A DNA stretch of 24,089 nucleotides, from the NCBI GenBank assembly GCA_027021705.1, contig JALUTT010000153.1, positions 1-24,089 on the forward strand, in the 5' to 3' direction. The position numbers and the translations under genes were made by a program. Each line of letters starts with the position of its first letter. Position 1 is the stretch's first letter. Below the pieces are notes generated by a model. That model was not told the DNA's origin, ran no database searches, and saw nothing but the letters and a program-made list of their open reading frames with translations. The stretch comes from Anaerolineae bacterium. GTDB taxonomy: Bacteria; Chloroflexota; Anaerolineae; S140-20. Below, one piece after another: positions 1-7,161 of the stretch.

Positions 1-1
1 G

Positions 2-118
2 TGCCCGCTGGAGTTGGCCGGCTACGACATCAGCCAGGTGCCGATGGCTTCCCTTTGCGCCGGCCTGAGCGTTGTCTGGCCTTTGGAGGCAACTCAGAAT
101 GATGTCCCAAACTCGTGA
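2..118 (+). CDS. Possible 3' end of a gene entering from the left edge (partial, function unknown)
   Basis: Open frame from position 2 (CPLELAGYDISQVPMASLCAGLSVVWPLEATQNDVPNS*) to TGA at 116-118. Early codons are GC3-rich. Too short to assign. Confidence 0.3.
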   Translation, partial: CPLELAGYDISQVPMASLCAGLSVVWPLEATQNDVPNS

Positions 119-137
119 CGGTCGCCCCAGAAACCTA

Positions 138-165
138 TTGCTATTCCTGACGTTTGTGGTATAAT
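138..165 (+). promoter_or_regulatory. Sigma70-type promoter with extended -10
   Basis: TTGCTA (138-143), 16-nt spacer, TATAAT (160-165) preceded by TG at 157-158 (TGnTATAAT). AT-rich patch in a GC-rich context. Confidence 0.65.
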
Positions 166-555
166 TCCGCGCGGGTTTTGCGCTACGGACGGATCAGGAT
201 GCTCCCTGGAACCGAGATGGGGTGGCGAGGGAGCGGCTGACAATAGGAGTGACGGGCAATGTTGGAGAAAGAGGATCCCCTATCTAGGGTTGGGCCGGCC
301 CAACTGGCGGGCCGGTGGATGTCGGGACCACCGCCGAGATCGAGCTGCCTTCGGACTCGCCCCACGATCTTCTCCCCGCTGATCTTGCCACTGCCTGTCC
401 CCACGGTTCTGCCCACCGCTCCCCGGTGGGATGTGAAGAGGGCCACTTTTCTCTCCCCTAAGCTTACCCAACGGATTGAGCCCAACCGCCGGGTGCCTCG
501 TGCGCCGAGGGCTCCCTTTGCTCAGGCTCTGACGGCCAACGCGCAGGGCGAATGA

Positions 556-599
556 GGCTCTGACGCAGGGTCTGGCCTGCGTCGGGCCCTTTTCCCTTT
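556..599 (+). terminator. Intrinsic terminator-like hairpin in the leader upstream of the opine dehydrogenase gene (possible attenuator)
   Basis: GGCTC(T)GACGCAGG (556-569) pairs with CCTGCGTCGGGCC (576-588), followed by CTTTTCCCTTT. It lies ~75 nt before the start codon at 675. Confidence 0.55.
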
Positions 600-674
600 C
601 CAGGCCGACCTGTGAACCGTTGCGCGTTGCCGATGAGGGCGTTGTGGTCATGTTTCATCGAGGAGGTGAGGAAG

Positions 675-1979
675 ATGCGAGGATCAAGGGAAACCGAGAC
701 GCCATATCGTGAGGCCGTGCCCCAGACCTGGTCCACCGGTCCTGGGGACGAGGACCTGCAGGTCACCATCTGCGGGGGGGGCAATGCCGCCCATCTGTTG
801 GCCGGCCTGCTCTCCACCCGTCCGGGACTGCGGGTCAACGTTTACGCCCCCTACGGCGATGAGGCCCAGCGGATGCGCCAGGGCATCGCCCGTCGTGGGG
901 GGATCGTCGTGGTTGCCGCCGAGGAGCGGTGGGCGGGACGTCCCCACCGGGTCAGTGCCGATCCAGCCCAGGTGGTGCCCGGTTCGGGGTTGGTGATGCT
1001 GGCGCTGCCCGCCTTCGCCCACGAGATCGTCCTGCGCGACATCGCACCCTACCTGGACGAGGGGGCCTGGGTGGGCGCCCTTCCCGCTCGGGGCGGCTTC
1101 GATTGGTGCGCCTTTGACGTCCTGGGGGAGAAAGGGAGTTCGCTGATCCTCTTTGGCCTGCAGACACTGCCCTGGGCTTGCCGCCTCCGCACCTACGGCG
1201 AGGAGGTGGCGCTCCTGGGGACGAAGAAGCGGGTGGACCTGGCCACTTGGCCGCCCCACTATGCCGGCAAGGTAGCCCGTCGGCTGAGCGACCTCCTGGG
1301 GGTGCGCCTGCAGCCCATCCCCAACTTCCTGAGCATCACGCTGGCCAACACCGGGCAACTGATCCACCCCGGTGTGATGTACGGGATGTTCCGGAATTGG
1401 GATGGTCACCCCTACGCCAAGGCCCCCCTCTTCTACCAGGCCGTGGACGGCCCCACTGCCCAGATCCTGCAGCAGCTGAGCGACGAGGTCCAGACCCTGC
1501 GGGAGGTGCTGGAGCACCGCTTCCCCCATCTGGACCTCTCGGCGGTGCGCCCCTTGGACGAGTGGCTGCGGGAGTCGTACCGGGACACCATTACCGATCC
1601 CTCGACGCTCCAGAGCTGCCTGGTCACCAACCGCAGCTACGCCGGCCTCAACGTTCCGATGCGCCGCGCCGATGACGGGCTGGTGCCGGACTTCCGGGCC
1701 CGCTACCTCTCGGAGGACGTGCCCTACGGCCTGGTCGTCACCCGGGGCATCGCCGAACTGGCCGGCGTCGCCACGCCCACAATGGACCAGGTGATCGGCT
1801 GGGCCCAGGCCCGTCTTGCCCGGGAGTACCTGGTCAACGGCCACCTGCAGGGGCGGGACCTGGGGGCTTCCCGTGCGCCCCAGCGCTACCATCTGGAGAC
1901 GCTGGAGGCGGTGGTCAAGGGTCAGGAAGAGGTGCCCTCTTACGTCCTCCCGGCGGCCCGGGTGCCGGTTCAAGCCTGA
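675..1979 (+). CDS. NAD(P)-dependent opine (octopine/nopaline) dehydrogenase family protein, 434 aa
   Basis: Rossmann motif VTICGGGNAAH. Family motifs QTLPWACR, LIHPGVMYG, PLFYQ and RYLSEDVPYGLV...TPTMDQVIGWAQ. Start moved from 612 to ATG 675, which follows RBS AGGAGGTG (661-668). Confidence 0.9.
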   Translation: MRGSRETETPYREAVPQTWSTGPGDEDLQVTICGGGNAAHLLAGLLSTRPGLRVNVYAPYGDEAQRMRQGIARRGGIVVVAAEERWAGRPHRVSADPAQVVPGSGLVMLALPAFAHEIVLRDIAPYLDEGAWVGALPARGGFDWCAFDVLGEKGSSLILFGLQTLPWACRLRTYGEEVALLGTKKRVDLATWPPHYAGKVARRLSDLLGVRLQPIPNFLSITLANTGQLIHPGVMYGMFRNWDGHPYAKAPLFYQAVDGPTAQILQQLSDEVQTLREVLEHRFPHLDLSAVRPLDEWLRESYRDTITDPSTLQSCLVTNRSYAGLNVPMRRADDGLVPDFRARYLSEDVPYGLVVTRGIAELAGVATPTMDQVIGWAQARLAREYLVNGHLQGRDLGASRAPQRYHLETLEAVVKGQEEVPSYVLPAARVPVQA

Positions 1980-2015
1980 CGGGCGCCAAGGGGAGACGGG
2001 CCAGCGCTGGAGGCC

Positions 2016-2055
2016 CGGGGAGGGGCGCCGACCGTGCCCCTCCCCGATAACTTTT
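2016..2055 (+). terminator. GC-rich hairpin downstream of the opine dehydrogenase gene (weak terminator or mRNA stabiliser)
   Basis: CGGGGAGGGGC (2016-2026) and GCCCCTCCCCG (2036-2046) form a perfect 11-bp stem, followed by ATAACTTTT. Confidence 0.45.
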
Positions 2056-2065
2056 GTTAGGCGAA

Positions 2066-2173
2066 GTAACGGTTCACCCTCCCGCAGGTTAGGCGCGTTT
2101 CCGACGCGAAACCGTAGGTCAAATAGCCCATCGGGGCTGAGAGCGCCCTCGACCGGTGACCTGCGGGAGGGTA
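2066..2173 (+). repeat. REP-doublet/MITE-like inverted-repeat element, copy 1 (97-bp core 2076-2172)
   Basis: ACCCTCCCGCAGGT (2076-2089) and ACCTGCGGGAGGGT (2159-2172) are perfect 14-bp inverted repeats around a 69-bp spacer. Reverse complement of 7041-7148 with 7 mismatches over 108 bp by manual alignment. Confidence 0.85.
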
Positions 2174-2241
2174 GGCTGAATAGATACGGCGCGAATTGGC
2201 TTCTTGTGCCTTGCAACTTGCAACCAAAACGAGGTAGGACG

Positions 2242-5200
2242 ATGACGAAGGACAACGGACGACCCAAGGAAGCAGCAGCAGCCGAGGATAAGCCTCCAGA
2301 ACCCGGACGGAAGCGGCGGGTGATGGTAGGGGCCATCGGCAAGTGCGTGCACAACCTGGGCGTGGAAACCTTTGCCGACTGGATGGAGGACCAGGGGCTG
2401 GGCTACGTCTCCGTCAAGCTGGGGCCGGCCGTTCCCATCCGGGAGGTGATCAACAAGATTCGGGAGGCCCGGCCCGAGGTGGTGGGCGTCTCGATGCGCC
2501 TGGGCGACCTGCACGTGGACCGACTGATCGGAGAGTTCATCGAGCTGGCGACCCGGTACGGTCTGCACCCCCGCGATAGCGGCATCCGCTACGCCTTCGG
2601 CGGGCTGCGGCCGGCGGCCAACGTGGTGCGGGCGATGACGGGGTTGCCTCTAGAGCCGGATCGCTTCACCCGCGAGGAGGAGCAGCATTACGACCTGGAG
2701 GCGCTGGCCGAGGCCTACCGGGACCGGACCTCCTTCCAAGGCTTCTTCGAACTGGTGGCCGATGACTTCATCACGATGGAAGAGCTAGAGCGCTTCGCCC
2801 ACGAGCTGCCGCCGGCCCACCAGGAGGGGCCGATGGCCTGGTCCGACAACCTGGTCGAGCGCATCCGGCAGGTGCAGGAGCGGGAGAGCCGCCCCGCCAT
2901 CCGGGCCCACATCGGCATCGCGGCTGAGACGATCGGCCCTACCATTGAGGCCGTCCAGAAGCTGGCCGACGCCGGCGTGCTGGAGATCGTCTCCCTGGCT
3001 CCCGACCAGACCTCCCAGGAGCTCCTGGCCAAGTTCATCCGGGGCGAGGAGGACCCAGACCGCTACCTGGCTGGCCAAGGTGGGGCTCCCATCCGCAGTG
3101 TCGAGGACCTGAAGCGGCTGAAGGCAGCCACCCGGCGGGGCAATCACCCCCTCACCCGCATCTACACGGGCACCGACGAACTGCTGGAGCTGGCGAGGCT
3201 GTGGGAGGAGCACCTCAACATCGCTTTCCCGGCGGTGCCCATCTTCTTCTACAACGAACTGGACGGGCGGGGACCGCTCAGCATCCGGGACGCCTTCGAC
3301 GAGCACTTCCGCGTCATCGAGTGGTGGGCTCAGCAGGGCAAACCCCTGGAGATCAACGATCCCCACCAGTGGGGGCTCCGCTACGCCAGCGACGACATGC
3401 AGGTCACCGACCACGTCCTCTGCGCCGTGATCGCCCTGAAGAAAGGGATCCGCCACTACGTGATGCAGATGATGTTCGAACTGCCGCCGACCATCTCCGC
3501 CTTGGACGATCTGGCGAAGATGAAGGCGGCCTACGAGCTGATCGAGCCCCTGACCCGCCACTTCGACTTCCACATCATCCGGCAGACCCGCTCCGGCCTG
3601 CCCAGCTTTCCCCCCAACCTGAACCAGGCCAAGGGCCACCTCGCCTTCGGCGTCTATACCCAGCTCTACATGGAGCCCGACATCCTCCACGTCGTCACTC
3701 ACTCGGAGGCCCACCATGAGGCGACGGCCGAGGACATCATCGAGGCCTGCGAGATCGTCCACCAGGTTTGCTGGGACTTCGCCAAAGGGGCCGTGCCCGA
3801 CATCTGGGCCGATCCGGTCCTGAAAGCTCGCAAGCGGGAACTAAAGGAAGGGGCGATGTACAATCTGCTCCACGGAGCCATCCTGGGCGGTTACGTCGGC
3901 CCCATCACGCCGGAGACCTTTTGGGCCTGGGCCCGGGAGCCGGAGGAGGACCCGGAGCGGAACTTCGGGACGATGCTTCTCAGCTTCATAGACGAGGCCA
4001 ACTACCTGACGGGCACCTGCGGCCTCATCGCCGCCGATACGCTGGACCTGGGGCTCCAGATCGGCCTCTACCAGGGGCCGCACATCACCGTGGTGGACCG
4101 ACGCTACGAGCTGGCGGGGGGCTGCCGCACCAAGGTGGTGGATGGGATGTGTCGCATCGAGGCTTGGAACGGCATCCCGGTGGGCAGCGAGTTCGAGCGG
4201 GTGGACCTGGTGCGCCAGCACTTCCCCTGGTACTTCGACCGGGAGATCAGCCACGCCGAACACGTCAGTTTCATCGCCGACGACGCCGAGGTGGAGCGGC
4301 TGGACGAGGAGACGGTGGCCCAGTTCCGTAGAGGGATCGGCGTCACCGGGCTGGCCGACGAGCGGGTCCTGGTGGTGGATTTTGGAAGCACCTTCACCAA
4401 GATCGGCCTCTTTGACACCCGGCAGGAGACCTTCGAGTTGCGCTACGTGCCCACCACCGTGGAGGACATCCGCATCGGGCTGGCCCACGGGCTGGGGGTG
4501 CTGGAGGCCTGTCGGGAGCGGGGCGACTGGAAGCCGCTGGCCCAGAAGATGGACGAGTTCGCGGTGCGGCTCCCCTGCTCCAGCGCCAAGGGAGGGCTCA
4601 AGGTCGCCACCGTGGCCTTGGTCAAAGAGGAGTCCGGCTTCGCCGCCGAGCTGGCAGCCCTGACGGCGGGGGCCAAGCTGGTGGGCAGCTACGAGGGGCC
4701 GTTGACGCCGGAGCAGGCCCGGGCCATCTACGAGGTGGACCAGCCGGAGATCATCCTGCTGGCCGGCGGCACCGACCAGGGGGGCGACGCCGAGACCCAA
4801 CTCCACAACGCCCGGATGCTGGCGGAGGCGGCCCGCTACGCCACCTACACCGACTACGGCGTGCCGGTGGTCTACGCCGGCAACCAGGACGTGCGCGGAC
4901 AGGTGGAGCGCATCTTCCGCGCCCACGGTGTGGACGTCCGCGTGACGCCCAACGTGATGCCGGAGATCAACGAGTTCCACATTGAGGCGGTCAACGAGGC
5001 CCTGCGGGAGCTCTTCCAGACGGTGATCATCCGGGCCAAGGGGTTCGATGTCGTCGAGGCCTATATGGATGCTCCCTTCATCCCCACCCCTCGGGCGGCC
5101 TTCCTGGGGATCAACCTGCTGGCCCAAGGGTATGGCAGCGAGGAAGGGTTGGGCAACATCCTGGCCCTGGACATCGGCGGCGCGACGACGGACTTCTACT

Positions 5201-5970
5201 CCCACGTTGCCGACAACCCCCTCTACCTCTTCCCCGGCGACGATCCCCGACGCCGGGTGAAGCGGACGATCCTGAAGACGCCCAACACGCCTCTGGTCTA
5301 CCGGCGGGTGGAGGGGAAGTACGGCCTGAGCTACAACGCCGAGAACGTGAAGGAGTTGAGCCGCTTCCAGGACGGGTCGCTGGCCCGGGACCTGAGCCGC
5401 TACCTGGCGCGCCGGTTCCCTCTGGAGTTCGGGCCGGGTCACGACCAGTTCCGCCGCTTTGTGCGCAGCGACAACGGCTCGTACCGGGTGGACCTGGACC
5501 GTTACCTGACCTGGCTCAGCGAGAACCCCCACACGGTGCCCCGGACGGCGTTGGAGAACGCCGCCCGTTCCTTCCTGGCCCGGGAGATCATGGCGGTGAC
5601 GACGCGCAAGCACGCCGGACGGGTGGAGGAGACGGAGGCCTACTTCTTCCAGTACGGCGTCAACTTCTTCAACCAGCCGGTGACGGTCCTGCTCATCGGC
5701 GGGACCATCTACCACAAGTACCGCGATCGGGAGCCGGGCTATGAGGAGGACCTGGCCCTCATCGCCGGCGGCGTGCTCTACAATCCCGAGGAACCGGAGG
5801 TGCTGCGCCCCACGGGGCCGGTGCTGATGGATGCCCGCTACCTGGTCAGCATCCTGGGCGGGCTCTACGGACGGGTGAACCCGGAGCAGGCGCTGCGGGT
5901 GATGAAGCGGGAGCTGGTGCCGCTGGAGGTGGGAGTGCCGGTGCAGGAGCGGGTTCCTGTAGCGGCGTAG
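2242..5970 (+). CDS. Cobalamin-dependent mutase-like protein fused to a GlmL/MutL-family (ASKHA ATPase) reactivase domain, 1242 aa
   Basis: N-terminal B12-binding Rossmann domain: CVHNLG (2344-2361, a DxHxxG variant), VGVSMRL, YAFGG. Central alternating beta/alpha region, probably a TIM barrel. C-terminal GlmL/MutL motifs DFGSTFTK (4378-4401), CSSAKGGL, ILLAGGTD, VYAGN, NVMPE, IPTP, DIGGATTD and RRVEG. Start ATG 2242 follows GAGGT. The ORF-track extension to 1816 overlaps the upstream gene and a repeat. Confidence 0.85.
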   Translation: MTKDNGRPKEAAAAEDKPPEPGRKRRVMVGAIGKCVHNLGVETFADWMEDQGLGYVSVKLGPAVPIREVINKIREARPEVVGVSMRLGDLHVDRLIGEFIELATRYGLHPRDSGIRYAFGGLRPAANVVRAMTGLPLEPDRFTREEEQHYDLEALAEAYRDRTSFQGFFELVADDFITMEELERFAHELPPAHQEGPMAWSDNLVERIRQVQERESRPAIRAHIGIAAETIGPTIEAVQKLADAGVLEIVSLAPDQTSQELLAKFIRGEEDPDRYLAGQGGAPIRSVEDLKRLKAATRRGNHPLTRIYTGTDELLELARLWEEHLNIAFPAVPIFFYNELDGRGPLSIRDAFDEHFRVIEWWAQQGKPLEINDPHQWGLRYASDDMQVTDHVLCAVIALKKGIRHYVMQMMFELPPTISALDDLAKMKAAYELIEPLTRHFDFHIIRQTRSGLPSFPPNLNQAKGHLAFGVYTQLYMEPDILHVVTHSEAHHEATAEDIIEACEIVHQVCWDFAKGAVPDIWADPVLKARKRELKEGAMYNLLHGAILGGYVGPITPETFWAWAREPEEDPERNFGTMLLSFIDEANYLTGTCGLIAADTLDLGLQIGLYQGPHITVVDRRYELAGGCRTKVVDGMCRIEAWNGIPVGSEFERVDLVRQHFPWYFDREISHAEHVSFIADDAEVERLDEETVAQFRRGIGVTGLADERVLVVDFGSTFTKIGLFDTRQETFELRYVPTTVEDIRIGLAHGLGVLEACRERGDWKPLAQKMDEFAVRLPCSSAKGGLKVATVALVKEESGFAAELAALTAGAKLVGSYEGPLTPEQARAIYEVDQPEIILLAGGTDQGGDAETQLHNARMLAEAARYATYTDYGVPVVYAGNQDVRGQVERIFRAHGVDVRVTPNVMPEINEFHIEAVNEALRELFQTVIIRAKGFDVVEAYMDAPFIPTPRAAFLGINLLAQGYGSEEGLGNILALDIGGATTDFYSHVADNPLYLFPGDDPRRRVKRTILKTPNTPLVYRRVEGKYGLSYNAENVKELSRFQDGSLARDLSRYLARRFPLEFGPGHDQFRRFVRSDNGSYRVDLDRYLTWLSENPHTVPRTALENAARSFLAREIMAVTTRKHAGRVEETEAYFFQYGVNFFNQPVTVLLIGGTIYHKYRDREPGYEEDLALIAGGVLYNPEEPEVLRPTGPVLMDARYLVSILGGLYGRVNPEQALRVMKRELVPLEVGVPVQERVPVAA

Positions 5971-5992
5971 AGGTCGAGAGGGGGCCATCACG

Positions 5993-6028
5993 GAACAGGC
6001 CGGGCGTGAGCGCCCGGCCTGTTCTCTT
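5993..6028. terminator. Hairpin between convergent genes, likely (bidirectional) terminator
   Basis: Perfect 14-bp stem GAACAGGCCGGGCG (5993-6006) / CGCCCGGCCTGTTC (6011-6024) with TGAG loop, followed by TCTT on the + strand. Confidence 0.75.
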
Positions 6029-6035
6029 AAGGCGG

Positions 6036-6965
6036 TCATCGGCCTGCGGGCTGCCACTGGGGATGGATGTCATCGGCGGGGTGGTTGGTGAGGCGGATTG
6101 GGTTGGAACCGTCAGCATTCATCACGTAGATCTCGGGGTTGCCATCCCGGTCGGAGACGAAGACGATCTTCGAGCCATCGGGGGACCAGGCGGGATCGCC
6201 ATCGTTGGCCGGATTGCGGGTGATGTTGGTCAGCGTCCCATCGGCCAGATCGAGCAGGTAGATCTCCATATTGCCCTCCCGGTCGCTCATGAAGGCGATC
6301 TTTGAGCCGTCAGGCGACCAGGCCGGGTTCATATCCTGAGCCGGGTTGTTCGTCAGGTTGACTTCGGTGTGGTCAGGCCCCAGGACGTAGATCTCGGGAT
6401 TCCCATCGCGAACGCTCATGAAGACGATGGATTGCCCATCGGGAGACCAGGACCCGTACATATCGAGCCCCAGTTGGCTGGTGCGGCGGGTGAGGTCACG
6501 GCCATCAGCCCCCACCGTCCACAGCTTCGTGTTGGCCGTCACCTCGATGCTCCCCCCTTCGGTGGGCTCGTAATAGGTGCGGTTGGAGGAGAAGAGGATC
6601 TGGGAGCCGTCGGGCGACCAGGCCGGCACCACGTTGAACCCGATCCCATCGGTTAGGCGGGTGGTCTCCGTCCCATCGGCCTTCATCACGTAGATGTCCG
6701 GGGAGCCCTCCCGTTCCGAGGTGAAGGCGATCCGCTGACCATCGGGTGCCCAGCTCGGTGTCCCGTCATAGGCTGGGTTGTTGGTCAGGTTCACCAGGTT
6801 GGAACCGTCGGCGTCCATGATGTAGACCTCGGCGTTGCCATCGCGGTAGGACTCGAAGGCGATCTTGCCGAGGGGGACCGTTGAGGAGCGGCATCCCACC
6901 GCCGTGGAGAGCAGGGCCGCGGTCAGCAGGAGGGTGCAGATTTGGAGGCATCGTCGAATGTCCAT
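6036..6965 (-). CDS. TolB-like beta-propeller (PD40 repeat) lipoprotein, 309 aa
   Basis: Six repeats of the type PxWSPDGxxIxFxSxRxGNxEIY. Signal peptide ends in lipobox AVGC. Start ATG 6965 follows GGGAG. It lacks the TolB N-terminal domain, so no gene symbol is given. Confidence 0.85.
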   Translation of the reverse strand: MDIRRCLQICTLLLTAALLSTAVGCRSSTVPLGKIAFESYRDGNAEVYIMDADGSNLVNLTNNPAYDGTPSWAPDGQRIAFTSEREGSPDIYVMKADGTETTRLTDGIGFNVVPAWSPDGSQILFSSNRTYYEPTEGGSIEVTANTKLWTVGADGRDLTRRTSQLGLDMYGSWSPDGQSIVFMSVRDGNPEIYVLGPDHTEVNLTNNPAQDMNPAWSPDGSKIAFMSDREGNMEIYLLDLADGTLTNITRNPANDGDPAWSPDGSKIVFVSDRDGNPEIYVMNADGSNPIRLTNHPADDIHPQWQPAGR

Positions 6966-7040
6966 AGGGCTCCCTAAAACGGTTCGGCCCGGCGGCCTGC
7001 CGGGCGCCCGGGCCGGAGGGTGGCTCGACGGGGATAGGGA

Positions 7041-7148
7041 TACCCTCCCGCAGGTCACCGGTCGAGGGCGCTTTCAGCCCCGATGGGCTGTTTGAAGCAC
7101 GGTTTCGCGTCGGAAACGCACCTAACCTGCGGGAGGGTGAACAGTTAC
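7041..7148 (-). repeat. Inverted-repeat element, copy 2 (97-bp core 7042-7138)
   Basis: Same 14-bp inverted repeats (7042-7055, 7125-7138) and 69-bp spacer. Near-identical reverse complement of 2066-2173. Confidence 0.85.
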
Positions 7149-7161
7149 GAAGGTCGTGGGG

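Noticed and set aside
300..345. ACTGGCG...GGTGG...ACCACCG resembling the 5' part of a ZTP (pfl) riboswitch
   Set aside because: The following GGGAG is absent, there is no convincing 3' GCCTGGGC hairpin, and the gene context does not fit. An Rfam scan would settle it.
370..450. Cobalamin riboswitch (GCCACTG present, B12 enzyme downstream)
   Set aside because: No AGGGAA, CCCGCAACTGT, GGGAAG or B12-box in the expected order.
2056..2095. Two GTTAGGC motifs resembling integron attC/attI cores
   Set aside because: No matching RYYYAAC inverse core with attC geometry, no integrase, and no cassette organisation.
2210..2224. CTTGCAA heptamer tandem upstream of the mutase RBS
   Set aside because: Only two copies, which cannot be distinguished from chance.
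1816..2241. N-terminal extension of the 1384-aa ORF
   Set aside because: It overlaps the upstream gene, a hairpin and the repeat. An RBS supports ATG 2242.
4360..5970. DNA mismatch-repair MutL
   Set aside because: Name clash only. The motifs are ASKHA (GlmL/MutL of glutamate mutase), not GHKL.
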